The notes: generated by a model not told the origin, from the letters alone. A stretch of 60,153 nt of DNA from Microcoleus sp. Aus8_D1 (GCF_036702645.1 NZ_JAUBUO010000016.1:92186-152338); one strand, 5' to 3'. Counted from the stretch's first letter, positions 19,884 through 31,691 are shown. Translations and numbers: made by a program.

Positions 19884-20694
19884 TAGTAAAGCCAGCAAAG
19901 AATTATGGGATAGCTGGTGGGAAACAGGTGAGCTACCAGAACCAATGAACCCCCACCATCCTCATTTCAGAAATTATCGGGAACTTCGTCTACATCGATA
20001 TTTTTCTGAGATTTTTTCCAAGTTGGATGCAAAGGAGATGCGATTACTTGAAATCGGCTGTGCTAGATCTGATAAGCTTCCATATTTTGCTAAAGAATTT
20101 GATTTTCAAGTTTTTGGTCTAGACTATTCTGAATTAGGGTGTCAACAGGCAGAAAAAATACTGCAAAAAGCTGAAATAAAAGGAAAAATTGTTTGTTCTG
20201 ACTTTTTCAATCCAGCAGAAAATCTATTGGAAAGCTTTGATGTAGTGATTTCCTTTGGTGTTGCTGAACACTTTCCAGATACCGTTGGCTGTATTACAGC
20301 CTTTTCCAGATTTCTCAAGCCTAATGGGATTTTGATTACTCTGATTCCTAACCAGACAGGAAGTATTGGATTTTTCCAGAAAATTTTGGACAGGCAGACG
20401 TATGACATACACGTTCTCTTAGATCAGCATCTACTTCAGCTTGTACATGAAGATGCTGGTTTAAAGGTTAACAAATGCGGTTACTTTATGAGTACGCATT
20501 TTGGGGTGCTAAATTTAAGCCATCTTAATCCACAACATTCAACAACTAAAATAAAGGCTTTTGTGATGAATAGTCTCAGTCGGATTTCTAAATTGGTTTG
20601 GGCTATAGAATACTATACAGCGCCTCTCCCAGAAACTAAGATATTTGCACCATACATTATTTCTGTGGCACAGAAAATAGTTTTGAATCATTAA
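19876..20694 (+). CDS. Class I SAM-dependent methyltransferase
   Basis: LLEIGCARSD motif I and FGVAEHF. GGAGG RBS. Overlaps the upstream gene by 8 nt. Confidence 0.75.
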   Translation: MTNSKASKELWDSWWETGELPEPMNPHHPHFRNYRELRLHRYFSEIFSKLDAKEMRLLEIGCARSDKLPYFAKEFDFQVFGLDYSELGCQQAEKILQKAEIKGKIVCSDFFNPAENLLESFDVVISFGVAEHFPDTVGCITAFSRFLKPNGILITLIPNQTGSIGFFQKILDRQTYDIHVLLDQHLLQLVHEDAGLKVNKCGYFMSTHFGVLNLSHLNPQHSTTKIKAFVMNSLSRISKLVWAIEYYTAPLPETKIFAPYIISVAQKIVLNH

Positions 20695-20742
20695 ACTGTG
20701 TGTTGAAGCTATCTTATTAACTCTAGTTATCATCTAAAAATA

Positions 20743-21858
20743 ATGCGACTGACTTTACTAACTTCATCCCTTTCCTGTGGCGGTGCCGAGCGAGCAGCGA
20801 TTTTGATCGCTGAAGGATTGCTTAAAAAAGGTCATCAAGTTTCCTTTGTAACAATTGCTGGAACCGAGAGAGATTTCTACAAAGTACCAGATGGAGTTCA
20901 TAGATTAGCTCTGGATCTAGCTGGAATTTCACCAACACCATTCCATGCTTTGTGGAATAATCTGTACCGCCTTCGGGTATTAAGACAAACAATTCGAGCG
21001 CTTCAGCCAGATGCAGTCATCTCGTTTATGGCTGAAATAAATATCTTGACATTGTTAGCTCTTACCCAGACAAACTATCCTGTTATAGTTAATGAGCAGA
21101 ATAATCCAGATACTGACACTCAAAACTTGTGGAAGCAATTGCGTCGTTGGATATACCCACGAGCTAACAAAGTGGTGAGCGTCAGTGAAGGAGTCGATAA
21201 TTATTTTGATGACTGGTTGCCAAAAACACAAAGAGCAGTTATCTTTAACCCGTTGCAACCAATTAACGGTGAGACAGGTACGTTCGATTTACCTCAAGGA
21301 GCAGATCCAAATAAAAAATGGGCGATAGCAATGGGTCGTCTGGTATATCAAAAGAATTTTGAACTGCTGCTATCAGCATTTCATAAAATTATCGATCGCT
21401 ATCCAGACTGGCAATTACTGATATTTGGGGAAGGAGAAATGAGAAAAGAACTTGAACATTTAAGAGATCATTTTGGTTTAGGCGAGCAAGTTCTATTGCC
21501 GGGACAAACTAAAAATCCGATCGCAGTTTTCAAATCCTCACAGCTATTCATTTTATCATCTCGTTGGGAGGGATTACCAGCAGTTTTGTTTGAAGCATTA
21601 GCCTGTGGATTACCCGTAGTTTCCACAGATTGTCCTAGCGGGCCACGAGAAATTATCCGCGATGGGGTAGATGGTATATTAGTACCAACCGAAGATATGT
21701 TAGCCTTAGCTACAGCAATGGATTCTTTAATGTCTGATGAAGAAAAGCGAACAACTCTAGCTGCTCGTGCGCCAGAGGTTAAAGAACGGTTCAGCTTAGA
21801 AAAAATAGTAGAAAAGTGGGAAGAATTATTAAAGCAAATTGTGGAGGTTCCGCGATGA
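20743..21858 (+). CDS. Glycosyltransferase family 4
   Basis: GGAERAAILIAEGL N-terminus and C-terminal EGLPAVLFEALACGLPVVSTD. Confidence 0.85.
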   Translation: MRLTLLTSSLSCGGAERAAILIAEGLLKKGHQVSFVTIAGTERDFYKVPDGVHRLALDLAGISPTPFHALWNNLYRLRVLRQTIRALQPDAVISFMAEINILTLLALTQTNYPVIVNEQNNPDTDTQNLWKQLRRWIYPRANKVVSVSEGVDNYFDDWLPKTQRAVIFNPLQPINGETGTFDLPQGADPNKKWAIAMGRLVYQKNFELLLSAFHKIIDRYPDWQLLIFGEGEMRKELEHLRDHFGLGEQVLLPGQTKNPIAVFKSSQLFILSSRWEGLPAVLFEALACGLPVVSTDCPSGPREIIRDGVDGILVPTEDMLALATAMDSLMSDEEKRTTLAARAPEVKERFSLEKIVEKWEELLKQIVEVPR

Positions 21859-22985
21859 GACAAAATGTTGTATTCCTGATCCGGGATTTAAACTATGGTG
21901 GCGCTCAAAGGCAATTAGTCACTTTAGTAAAAGGGCTTAACAAACAAAGCTTCGATGTAATAGTCTTATGCTTTTATCGCGGTGGCCCTTTAGAAAAAGA
22001 GCTTAAAGACAATGAAATCCCACTAATATGTTTGGAAAAACGGGAACGTTGGGATATATTCGGTTTCTTTTGGCGTTTGTTTCAACATCTTAAACACATA
22101 CAACCTGATGTCTTGCACGGATACCTCGGCGAATCAAATGTATTAACAATATTCTTAAAGCCATTATTCCCCTCAACCAAAATGATTTGGGGAATCCGTG
22201 GCAGCAACACCGATCCCGATCTTTACGGATGGCTGGGGCGTGTACTATCTCAGCTAGAGAGTCTTTTATCTCCCTTTGCCGACTCGATCATTGTTAATTC
22301 CCACGCTGGTAAAACCTATTACCTAACACATGGATTTCCATCTGACAAAATGGTGGTAATTCCTAACGGTCTGGATACTAAACGTTTTCAGCCTGATTCA
22401 GAAGCTAGGGCAAAAGTAAGAGCAGAATGGAAAATTTCCGAAAACACTATTCTGATTGGCTTGGTGGGGCGATTAAACCCGATGAAAGACCATCCAAACT
22501 TTCTCAAAGCAGCAGCATTAATCTGCAAACAAAGACAGGATGTCCACTTTGTTTGTGTTGGTACAGGACTGGAAAACTATGCACAGGAATTGTATGAATT
22601 AACGTCTAAATTAGGTATTAATGAACGAGTTATTTGGGCAGGAGCGCGACCAGATATGCCTGCGGTACACAACGCCTTAGATATCGCTACTTCTGCTTCT
22701 GCCTATGGCGAAGGATTTGCTAATGTGATTGGAGAGGCAATGGCTTGTGGTGTACCATGTGTAGTAACAGATGTAGGAGATTCCAAGTGGATTGTCGGAG
22801 ATGCAGGAGTGGTAGTAGCGCCTAGCAATGCTCAAGCTTTATTTGCGGGGTGGTTAGAAATATTACAGATGAATAGAGAAAAGTTATCTATAATGGCTAG
22901 AACACGCATTAAGGAAAATTTCCAAACTAAGGTACTTTATGAAAAAACCGAAAACATATTAATATCTGTAATCAGACAAAGGTAG
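21855..22985 (+). CDS. Glycosyltransferase family 4
   Basis: MRQNVVFLIRDLNYGGAQRQ...EGFANVIGEAMACGVPCVVTDVGD. ATGA start/stop overlap with the upstream GT. Confidence 0.85.
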   Translation: MRQNVVFLIRDLNYGGAQRQLVTLVKGLNKQSFDVIVLCFYRGGPLEKELKDNEIPLICLEKRERWDIFGFFWRLFQHLKHIQPDVLHGYLGESNVLTIFLKPLFPSTKMIWGIRGSNTDPDLYGWLGRVLSQLESLLSPFADSIIVNSHAGKTYYLTHGFPSDKMVVIPNGLDTKRFQPDSEARAKVRAEWKISENTILIGLVGRLNPMKDHPNFLKAAALICKQRQDVHFVCVGTGLENYAQELYELTSKLGINERVIWAGARPDMPAVHNALDIATSASAYGEGFANVIGEAMACGVPCVVTDVGDSKWIVGDAGVVVAPSNAQALFAGWLEILQMNREKLSIMARTRIKENFQTKVLYEKTENILISVIRQR

Positions 22986-22991
22986 TTTGAA

Positions 22992-24335
22992 ATGCTAGAT
23001 TCTGCTTACTTGGTTTTGCTATTTATTATACCATTAATTGAAATATTTAGAAGGAAAGAAAATCCCATAGATTTTCTAACCATGTTTAATTGTGCTTTTA
23101 TAATGTGGTATGTTTTACCTGCTTTTCTAATAGCTTTTGACCCTGAAAATACAGTCACAGGTTCGTGGATAAATATTATTGGTTATACAAACAAAATACA
23201 AACTGCTTTAGCAATATTTGTCGGATATTTTTTTGTACTAATTGGCTTTTATTCAAAGTCAGCTAAAAAGTTTGGACAACGTATAGTGGTAAACGCTCGT
23301 AACAATTTGATGATTTTGGGATATGCCATTTTTTTGCTTCTATTTTCTGCTATGTCAGTTCAGATATATAGTTCAGCTTTTGGTGGAGTTGTCAATGCAA
23401 TCACACAGTCAATAGCCGTTAGATCTGGTACAGAACAGGCCGGTTCACTAGGATTTTTCATCAGATTTCTAGGAGCAGCAAGCTTCTCATCTTATTTATT
23501 ATGTGCTTTTGTATTTACGAAGGATATCAAGACCAAGACAGGAAAATTGTTGATAATTCTATCATTTGCTTTCTCACTAGTCGTAACAGTTTCTTCTTTT
23601 TTGGTGAGGGCTGGGCGCTTTGACGTTCTCTACTACTTTCTTGGATTTTACCAAATTTATATACTTAAAACCAGAAAAATACCCTGGTTGTTTAGTGTTA
23701 TTTTGGTTGTTTTAATGGTGTTATTCTTATTTTATGGTAAAAATCTTTTCTCTAGCTTAGCGGCTATTCCAGACGGTATTGATGCTGTTATTGATAGATT
23801 TAACAAATCTGCTGAGGGTAGCACAGATGGTGAAGGATTTAGTTTATACAAGTTTATGGACAACTTTTTTTTTACCGTTTTTTCGCTGGACACAGCTTTT
23901 GGTGCAGACTATGAAATACGCTGGTTCGTAGATTTGATCTATGGGTTTCTTTCTTTAGTCCCAGATCGTTTACTAGGTACGGAATCACCGGAAACAATAT
24001 TAGCTTATAACACCAGGTATATTACAGGAGCATTTGATTATTCGATACCAACAGGCTTTCTTGCTTTTGGTATATATAGTCTGTGGTGGCCAGGACTGAT
24101 TATAGTTTGTTTAACTTATGGGTGGTTAGGTGGGTACTTACAATCTGTGATGGAAAAGCATATCCAAGATGTATTTTGGATGCCGTCTTTTTATACAGCA
24201 GTAGCTCAAATATGGGCAATCATGCAAACAGCCGATCCAGAAACATTTTTGCAATCTCAATTCATATTATTAGTATCAAGTACGTTATTGATATTGGTAG
24301 GAACTAAAATATCTATTCTGCGACAGAAAAGTTAA
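22992..24335 (+). CDS. Wzy-like polysaccharide polymerase / O-antigen-ligase-like polytopic membrane protein
   Basis: About 10-12 predicted TM helices with a large loop. Sits among GT genes in the cluster. Confidence 0.55.
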   Translation: MLDSAYLVLLFIIPLIEIFRRKENPIDFLTMFNCAFIMWYVLPAFLIAFDPENTVTGSWINIIGYTNKIQTALAIFVGYFFVLIGFYSKSAKKFGQRIVVNARNNLMILGYAIFLLLFSAMSVQIYSSAFGGVVNAITQSIAVRSGTEQAGSLGFFIRFLGAASFSSYLLCAFVFTKDIKTKTGKLLIILSFAFSLVVTVSSFLVRAGRFDVLYYFLGFYQIYILKTRKIPWLFSVILVVLMVLFLFYGKNLFSSLAAIPDGIDAVIDRFNKSAEGSTDGEGFSLYKFMDNFFFTVFSLDTAFGADYEIRWFVDLIYGFLSLVPDRLLGTESPETILAYNTRYITGAFDYSIPTGFLAFGIYSLWWPGLIIVCLTYGWLGGYLQSVMEKHIQDVFWMPSFYTAVAQIWAIMQTADPETFLQSQFILLVSSTLLILVGTKISILRQKS

Positions 24336-24548
24336 TATATAACCAAAGCTATGTATAGCCTTTCTCACAAAGGTGAGGTATGCCAGATTCTATGTACATC
24401 AAGGTTTTCGACCTTTGATATATACCTCATCTATCTGAGAACCGCTATATGTTCTTTATTGGCCCAGCAAAATAAGTCCTTTTTGTATTAAAATTAATAT
24501 CAGACAAATCGATGTATGCTAAGATAGTGCAGAAATAAAATTAAAACT

Positions 24549-25718
24549 ATGGGTAATAAAAATATTTCCGAGAAAAAAGTGTCAATTATATATATCACTA
24601 CCGGACTGTCAACAGGTGGTGCAGAGAGAATGCTCTACAATTTGCTGTCCAGAATAAATCGGGAGCGGTTTAGTCCTGTTGTGGTTTCTTTAATGGATCG
24701 TGGGACGTGGGGCGATCGCATTGAAGCTTTAGGCATCCCTGTCTATATAATGGGCATGAAGCAAGGTAAACCTACACCAAAATCTATTTGGCAATTTATT
24801 CATCAAATCCGCCAATTAAAACCTGACCTTATACTAGGCTGGATGTATCATGCTAATTTAGCGGCACAGTTAGCTGGTATTTTTACCTTAAAATCTATAC
24901 CTGTAGTGTGGAACATTCGTCATTCTATTTACTCATTGGATTACGAAAAACCAGCTACATCAGCTATAATTAAGATTCTAGCTAAAATTAGTAGTTTTCC
25001 TGAAAAAATCTTATATAACTCAAAAACAGGTGCTAGTCAACACGAACAACTTGGATACCAAGCCTCTAAAACCCTTGTAATTTCCAATGGCTTTGATCCA
25101 GAAAATTTTATGCCTTCACTTGAGTTTCGGACTAGTCTTATAAAAGAACTCGGACTAGAAAGTGATACTTTTTTAATTGGTCGGTTTGCTCGCTATCATC
25201 TAATGAAAGACTTTGCTAACTTCCTTGAAGCGGCAGCAATCTTACTCAAAGATTATCCCGACGTACATTTTTTATTGGCTGGGGATGAAGTTAATTGGGA
25301 GAACCAAATATTATCTCAACTAATCCATGAGTTAAAAATTGTCGATCGCATTCACTTACTTGGCGATAGACAGGATATTCCTCGTCTTACTGCGGCCTTA
25401 GATATCGCTTCTTCTTCTTCATTCTATGGAGAAGCTTTTCCTAATGTTATTGGTGAAGCCATGTCCTGTGGCGTACCTTGCGTTGTCACGGATGTTGGCG
25501 ATTCAGCTTGGATTGTCTCTAATACTGGAAGAATAGTATCTCCAAAGAATCCAAAGGCATTGGCTGATGCTTGGAAAGAGTTAATCAAAGTTGGTTTAGA
25601 AGGCAGGAATGCTTTAGGAAAGGCGGCAAGAACCAGAATTATCGAAAATTTTTCCTTAGATTCTATTGTAGCTCAGTATGAGGAATTGTATGAAAGTGTG
25701 TTAATTAAAAAAAAATAA
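24549..25718 (+). CDS. Glycosyltransferase family 4
   Basis: TTGLSTGGAERMLYNL...EAFPNVIGEAMSCGVPCVVTDVGD. Confidence 0.85.
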   Translation: MGNKNISEKKVSIIYITTGLSTGGAERMLYNLLSRINRERFSPVVVSLMDRGTWGDRIEALGIPVYIMGMKQGKPTPKSIWQFIHQIRQLKPDLILGWMYHANLAAQLAGIFTLKSIPVVWNIRHSIYSLDYEKPATSAIIKILAKISSFPEKILYNSKTGASQHEQLGYQASKTLVISNGFDPENFMPSLEFRTSLIKELGLESDTFLIGRFARYHLMKDFANFLEAAAILLKDYPDVHFLLAGDEVNWENQILSQLIHELKIVDRIHLLGDRQDIPRLTAALDIASSSSFYGEAFPNVIGEAMSCGVPCVVTDVGDSAWIVSNTGRIVSPKNPKALADAWKELIKVGLEGRNALGKAARTRIIENFSLDSIVAQYEELYESVLIKKK

Positions 25719-25890
25719 AAATTTACCACCACATTGAATTAGTTGTCATCCAAAGGTGAATAATATGATAGGTAATTTTTTTTATGCTACATATCATCAG
25801 AGAACTTTCAACAGGCGGTACAGATAAAATGCTTTATAATTGGCTATTCTGGGATAAATTTGCTCAATTTTTATAGGTTTAGAGAATTAA

Positions 25891-27840
25891 ATGTGTGGAA
25901 TAACTGGTTTGTTTGATGCCGTTCAGCAAATGTCTGCTCAAGAAATGGGGTCTGTAGCTGAAAAGATGTCGGATAGCCTCGAACATCGGGGACCAGACGA
26001 TCGTGGCATTTGGGTAGATGCCCAGAAAGGTATTGCTTTGGGACATCGACGCCTCGCTATTATTGATATCTCGCCGGAAGGACACCAACCGATGGTATGT
26101 GCGGACGGTCGTTATGCGATCGCGTTTAATGGCGAGATTTATAACTTTTTAGAGTTAAGAGGCGAACTTGAGCGGTTAGGTCACCGCTTCCGGGGTCATT
26201 CTGATACTGAGGTAATGCTGGCTAGCTTTAGCGAGTGGGGGCTAGATCGGGCAATTCGGCGTTTCAACGGAATGTTTGCCTTTGCCTTGTGGGACTGTCA
26301 AGAGGGGGTTCTGCATTTGGGGCGCGATCGCTTAGGAGAAAAACCCCTTTATTACGGCTGGGTGGATCAAACTTTTTTGTTTGGCTCTGAACTAAAAGCT
26401 CTGAAAGCTTATCCTCATTTTCAGGCGGAAATCAACCGAGATGCTTTGACATTGTTTCTTCGGTATAGCTACATTCCTGCGCCCTATTCAATCTACCAAG
26501 GCATCTACAAGTTACCTCCCGGAACAATCCTCACTTGTAAAAGTGCAGGTACTCATCAGGAGCCAGTACCTTATTGGTCTATCAAGGAAGTGGCGACATT
26601 CGGTGTTGCCAATCCTTTCACAGGTTCGGAATCGGAAGCAGTGGCAGAGTTAGATGCGCTCCTGTGGAATGCAGTGGGGCTTCGAGTAGTTGCAGATGTA
26701 CCTTTAGGCGCTTTCCTTTCAGGAGGGATTGACTCCTCCACAGTGGTAGCTTTGATGCAGGCTCAAAGTAGTCAACCAGTGAAAACTTTTAGTATCGGTT
26801 TTGATGAGGATGCCTACAATGAAGCCAAGTATGCCAAGGCTGTAGCACAGCACCTGGGTACAGACCACACAGAACTTTATCTGACTCCAGAAGAGGTGCT
26901 GGGAGTCATCCCGAAGTTGCCAAGTTTATATGATGAACCCTTTTCCGATGTCTCTCAAGTACCTACCTTTCTGGTATCACAGTTAGCTAGACAGCAGGTA
27001 ACAGTAAGTCTTTCAGGCGATGGTGGCGATGAAATCTTTGCTGGGTACGAACGCTATTTTTTGGCTAACAGCATTAGGCAGAAGATAGACTGGATACCCT
27101 CAGGACTGAGATCGATGGTCGCGCATAGCTTGACTAGCTTATCTCCTCAAACTTGGGATCGAATTCTGCCTAACTTTAGTGCTTTACTGCCACTGAACCT
27201 TAGAAACTCTGTCTCAGGTGATAGATTGCACAAACTCGCTGAAATTGTGGCAGATGCCAATTACAAAGCTATGTACAGAAATTTTGTTTCTCACTGGAAA
27301 GACCCAGCAGAATTAATTATTGGTGGCTCAGAGCCACTGACAGCTATGAACGATCGCTTTGACAGAGCTGATTTCCCAAATTTCATAGAATGGATGATGT
27401 ATCTCGATACCGCCACCTTTTTACCGGACGATATCCTTGTCAAGGTAGACCGAGCTAGCATGGGTGTGAGTTTGGAAGTTCGCGTACCGCTATTAGACCA
27501 TCGGTTGGTGGAATTAGCTTGGCGAATGCCACTATCTATGAAAGTCCGTCATGGTCAAAGCAAATGGTTGTTGCGTCAGGTATTATACAAATACGTGCCT
27601 AGAAACTTGGTAGAGCGGCCAAAAATGGGATTTGGTGTTCCGATTGATAGCTGGTTGCGCGGTTCTTTGCGGGATTGGGCAGAAGCGTTGCTAGATGAAA
27701 AACGGTTGCGCAGAGAAGGGTTTTTTAATCCACAGCCAATTCGCCAAAAGTGGGCAGAACACCTGGCGGGCGATCGCGATTGGAAATACTGTTTATGGAA
27801 TGTGTTGATGTTCCAAGCTTGGTTAGAGGAAAATTATTAA
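25891..27840 (+). CDS. asnB: Asparagine synthase (glutamine-hydrolysing), WbpS-like amidotransferase
   Basis: MCGITG N-terminal nucleophile, HRGPDD, SGGIDSS PP-loop. Confidence 0.9.
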   Translation: MCGITGLFDAVQQMSAQEMGSVAEKMSDSLEHRGPDDRGIWVDAQKGIALGHRRLAIIDISPEGHQPMVCADGRYAIAFNGEIYNFLELRGELERLGHRFRGHSDTEVMLASFSEWGLDRAIRRFNGMFAFALWDCQEGVLHLGRDRLGEKPLYYGWVDQTFLFGSELKALKAYPHFQAEINRDALTLFLRYSYIPAPYSIYQGIYKLPPGTILTCKSAGTHQEPVPYWSIKEVATFGVANPFTGSESEAVAELDALLWNAVGLRVVADVPLGAFLSGGIDSSTVVALMQAQSSQPVKTFSIGFDEDAYNEAKYAKAVAQHLGTDHTELYLTPEEVLGVIPKLPSLYDEPFSDVSQVPTFLVSQLARQQVTVSLSGDGGDEIFAGYERYFLANSIRQKIDWIPSGLRSMVAHSLTSLSPQTWDRILPNFSALLPLNLRNSVSGDRLHKLAEIVADANYKAMYRNFVSHWKDPAELIIGGSEPLTAMNDRFDRADFPNFIEWMMYLDTATFLPDDILVKVDRASMGVSLEVRVPLLDHRLVELAWRMPLSMKVRHGQSKWLLRQVLYKYVPRNLVERPKMGFGVPIDSWLRGSLRDWAEALLDEKRLRREGFFNPQPIRQKWAEHLAGDRDWKYCLWNVLMFQAWLEENY

Positions 27841-27856
27841 GTCACAAAGCCAACTT

Positions 27857-28999
27857 ATGAATAGCCTTTTGATTGTCACTACCATTCCAGCTACTCTCCA
27901 GGCATTTCTTCTCCCTTTTGCTCTTCACTTCCGCAAAAAAGGCTGGAAAGTAGATGCAATGGCTCAAGGAATTTCTGAGTCTGCTGAATGCTTGCAAGCA
28001 TTCGATCGCGTCTGGGATGTAAAGTGGTCTCGCAATCCTCTAGATCCCCGCAATTTAATTCTTGCTCCTCAAATAATTAGAGAGGTCGTCGCCCAGGAAG
28101 CATACGACATAATTCACGTACACACCCCTGTAGCAGCTTTCGTTACCCGGTATGCCCTCAAAGATTTGAAAAAGCAGGCAAAATTCAAAGTAATTTACAC
28201 GGCTCACGGCTTTCACTTTTATCGCGGCGGGAAACCTCTAAAAAATACCGTCTTTCTCAATTTAGAAAAATTGGCTGGAGCTTGGACTGATTACTTAGTA
28301 GTAATTAATCGCGAAGATGAAGAGGCTGCAAAGCGCTATGGTATCCTGCCATCAGAACGAGTCCGCTATATGCCGGGAATTGGCGTAGATATCGATTATT
28401 ACAGTCCCGATGCTATTTCTGAAACTGATGTTAAACAAGTACGTCAGGAAATGGGAATCACCCAAGAAAATCCTCTATTCCTGTCAGTAGCCGAATTTAT
28501 TCCCCGCAAGCATCATCGGGATGTGATCCTAGCGTTTGCTAAGTTAGAGCGATCGCAAGTCCATTTAGCCTTGGCCGGCGACGGCCCGCTGATGTCAGAA
28601 ATGCGGCAATTAGCATCTGATCTAAAAGTAGAAAAACGGGTGCATTTTCTAGGGGAACGCCGGGATATTCCCACTTTGAGCCGTGCCTCAGCAGCTACGC
28701 TGCTGGCTTCTGAACAAGAAGGACTTCCCAGATGTGTAATGGAGTCTTTTTGCCTCGAAATTCCGGTCATCGGAACAGACATTCGGGGTATCCAGGATTT
28801 GCTGGAGGGAGACTGTGGCTTTTTGATTAAGGTAGGAGATGTGGAAAAACTTGCTGAAGCAATGGCTTGGATATTAGATCACCCAGAAGATGCCTTGGCG
28901 ATGGGCAAGCGTGGGCGATCGCGCATGGCTACACATGATTTGCAGAACATTATCAAACTGCATGAAACTTTGTATAACGAGGCGATGCACTTATCATAA
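27857..28999 (+). CDS. Glycosyltransferase family 4
   Basis: C-terminal EGLPRCVMESFCLEIPVIGTD. Its C-terminal ~30 aa (MGKRGRSRMATHDLQNIIKLHETLYNEA) recur as fragments at 30390-30497 and 32835-32950. Confidence 0.8.
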   Translation: MNSLLIVTTIPATLQAFLLPFALHFRKKGWKVDAMAQGISESAECLQAFDRVWDVKWSRNPLDPRNLILAPQIIREVVAQEAYDIIHVHTPVAAFVTRYALKDLKKQAKFKVIYTAHGFHFYRGGKPLKNTVFLNLEKLAGAWTDYLVVINREDEEAAKRYGILPSERVRYMPGIGVDIDYYSPDAISETDVKQVRQEMGITQENPLFLSVAEFIPRKHHRDVILAFAKLERSQVHLALAGDGPLMSEMRQLASDLKVEKRVHFLGERRDIPTLSRASAATLLASEQEGLPRCVMESFCLEIPVIGTDIRGIQDLLEGDCGFLIKVGDVEKLAEAMAWILDHPEDALAMGKRGRSRMATHDLQNIIKLHETLYNEAMHLS

Positions 29000-29149
29000 A
29001 TTCTGCAAAATTATGATGAGCGGTTAGTCTTCCAGCGACCAGCAGAATTTTATCGGGAATTAGGCGTATCCTATCTTGAAATTGCTGACTTATGAGTACA
29101 GAGATGAAGCCCATAGTTAGGTCAAGGAAGTTTTTTCCAAGTTTATGTT

Positions 29150-29986
29150 TTATTTGATAGTGGCACAAAAAATGTTGGGTATTAAATATTTTGCAACAAC
29201 TCTTATGTATTGCCTTGGGAATAAACCTAGCACTTTTTCACAGACTTCAAAATAGAAATTAGGCATTCTGAATTTTATGCTTTTTGCGCACCAATATGAA
29301 TCAAGTTTTGAATACCCTAACTGGCTCAGGATTTGATGTAGTTCGGCATAAGTCCACTCTTTCAAATGAAAGCATTCTGGCTCATCGGAAAAATAGGCAG
29401 ATACATCATGCGGACCTCTGAATGCGTGTGGTGTTATAAATATGTACTTGCCACCTTTTTTGAGAATACGATATGCTAATTGAAAATGAAGCTGAGTTTC
29501 TTCGGGATGAAAGTGTTCGATTATTTGATCGCTAAACAAGATGTCAATGGAATTTTCTTCGATCCCTTCAAGAGAGTAACCATCATATATAATTAATTTG
29601 AAATTATCAGGCGCATTGTGGTTTGGGTTGCGCTGATCTGAAATATCTATGCCATATGCACAGTTAACATATTTGGCAACTTCCATAGCAAATCGGCAGT
29701 CCCCAGGACCAAATTCTGCGAAGACAGTTGATTGATCTATAAGCCCACTGAGGGTAGCCAATTTGTTCTTATTTGCTATTAGAGTAAGTTGTTCATTGTC
29801 TCTTCTAGTCAATCTTGGGTGATCTGGTACTTTACCAAATAATTCATCATACATCGTGGCATAGATAAGTTTTCGGTCTTCAAGACTAGATACCTTGATT
29901 CTGTCGGCAATGGCTTTCTCCACCAAATAGTGATTTTGAATTTGTTCAAAACTCCGATTAGGAGGTAATGTTTTTTTTAATTTCAT
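29150..29986 (-). CDS. Class I SAM-dependent methyltransferase
   Basis: FAEFGPGDCRFAMEV motif I and ILFSDQIIEHF. Confidence 0.7.
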   Translation of the reverse strand: MKLKKTLPPNRSFEQIQNHYLVEKAIADRIKVSSLEDRKLIYATMYDELFGKVPDHPRLTRRDNEQLTLIANKNKLATLSGLIDQSTVFAEFGPGDCRFAMEVAKYVNCAYGIDISDQRNPNHNAPDNFKLIIYDGYSLEGIEENSIDILFSDQIIEHFHPEETQLHFQLAYRILKKGGKYIFITPHAFRGPHDVSAYFSDEPECFHLKEWTYAELHQILSQLGYSKLDSYWCAKSIKFRMPNFYFEVCEKVLGLFPRQYIRVVAKYLIPNIFCATIK

Positions 29987-30607
29987 GGTAGTTTTTTTGT
30001 AAACTTATACTCTTGATTGTTTGCACCTAATCTTAACACGTCCGTGAAATTGTCGGAGCGAGAATTCGTTACTCATTACCAAAATTTAATAATTCTTAAT
30101 ATTTTTGACTTGCGTAAATAATTTGATACAAAAAATAACTATTTTTGACATAAATCAACTTAGCTTGTGCAATGATTTACTCATTTGCCTCTATAATGGT
30201 AATTGTTTGTGGGTATCGCCATTTGTTTTTTTTACTGCAATACTTAGATATATAGCGGTTCTCACCAACATGAGGTGTACCAGATTCTATGAATTTCAGG
30301 ATTTTCGAGCATTTGTCTGTACCTCACCTACCTGAGAAAGGCTATAGTGGCGATCTCGATTTACATCCATTTACATATGTATCGTCCTGAAGATGCTTCC
30401 ATCATGGCAAAGCGCGGACGAGAAGGAATGACGGAGTATGGATTGCCACAGATCCTGAAAGTATATGAAGCTCTTTATACTGAAGCTCTATCGGTGTAAA
30501 TTATGCAGTCTTTTATTAAATTAAGAAACTTAGATATTAGAAATGACCAATGATTCAATAGCGATTCAACCGAACATGAAATTACTTATTATTTAGGAGT
30601 GCATAAA

Positions 30608-31681
30608 ATGCAAATTCAAGTAATTGGTTTATCAGACTCTTTGTGGTTAGAGACTCTGCAAAAAATTCGCCACGATATCTATCATTTGCCTGAATATCTA
30701 TATTTGGAGTCGATTCGGAACAACGCCCTAGCAGAAGCTATTGTGATAGCTGAAGATGACAAAATCTTTTTTATACCTTATTTTTTGCGTCCGTGCTATG
30801 ATATATTTGACCAAAGCTTGGCAACACAAGATGTTTTTGATGTTGTCTCCCCTTATGGTTATCCAGGAATTCTGTTGAGTGAGAAGGCAGCTAGTACAAA
30901 AGATTTTTTAGAGTTGGCAATGAATCAGCTAATCTCTGTATTGCGTGCCAAGGGAGTCTGTTCGGCATTTTTTCGGCTGCATCCGATACTTAACAGCGGA
31001 TTTAAGGAAATTTTATCGCCCGATATTTGCAAATTAAATGGAGAAACTGTATCTGTGAATTTGAAACTCTCCGAAGCGGAAATATGGAGTCAAACTAGAT
31101 CGGAACACCGCACGAGTATTAATAAGTTAAAGCGCTCTGAGATGACAGCAAAAATCGTTCCATTTCAGGACTATATCAGCGAGTTTATTTCGATTTACCA
31201 TGAAACAATGGATCGGGTAGAGGCTGGGCGATCGTACTATTTTGATGATGAATATTTTTCACATTTCTCTAAACTAGGTGAAAAAGTTCACTTGTGTATA
31301 GTATAATTAGAGGATAAAGTTACTTGTTCAGGGATATTTACCGAGTGTTGTGGAATAATTCAATATCACTTGGGAGGAACCAGAAGCGAGTTTTTTAAAC
31401 AAGCACCTAGCAAACTGATGTTTGATTATATTCGATTCTGGGCTAAAGAACGCGGCAATCAACTTTTTCATCTAGGGGGAGGTTTAGGAGGTTTCCAGGA
31501 CAGTCTCTACCATTTCAAGGCAGGTTTTTCCAAGCAAAGACATACTTTTTTGACGCTGCGGATAATTACAGAGCGAACTAAATATCTCGAACTGATTGAA
31601 CTGCGTGCAAGATTTTTGAACACAGAAGCAGATAAACTGCTAGTTACGGATTTTTTTCCGGTCTATCGTTCTCTTTATTGA
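30608..31681 (+). pseudogene. FemAB/CelD-like GNAT acyltransferase, interrupted by an in-frame TAA at 31306-31308; paralogue of 33999..35063
   Basis: ORFs 30599..31306 and 31370..31681 are colinear and in frame with the intact paralogue. The single nonsense codon falls where the paralogue has Glu (HLCIV*LEDKVTCSG vs HLCMVELNGEITCGG). Confidence 0.65.
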
Positions 31682-31691
31682 TGGTAAGTTT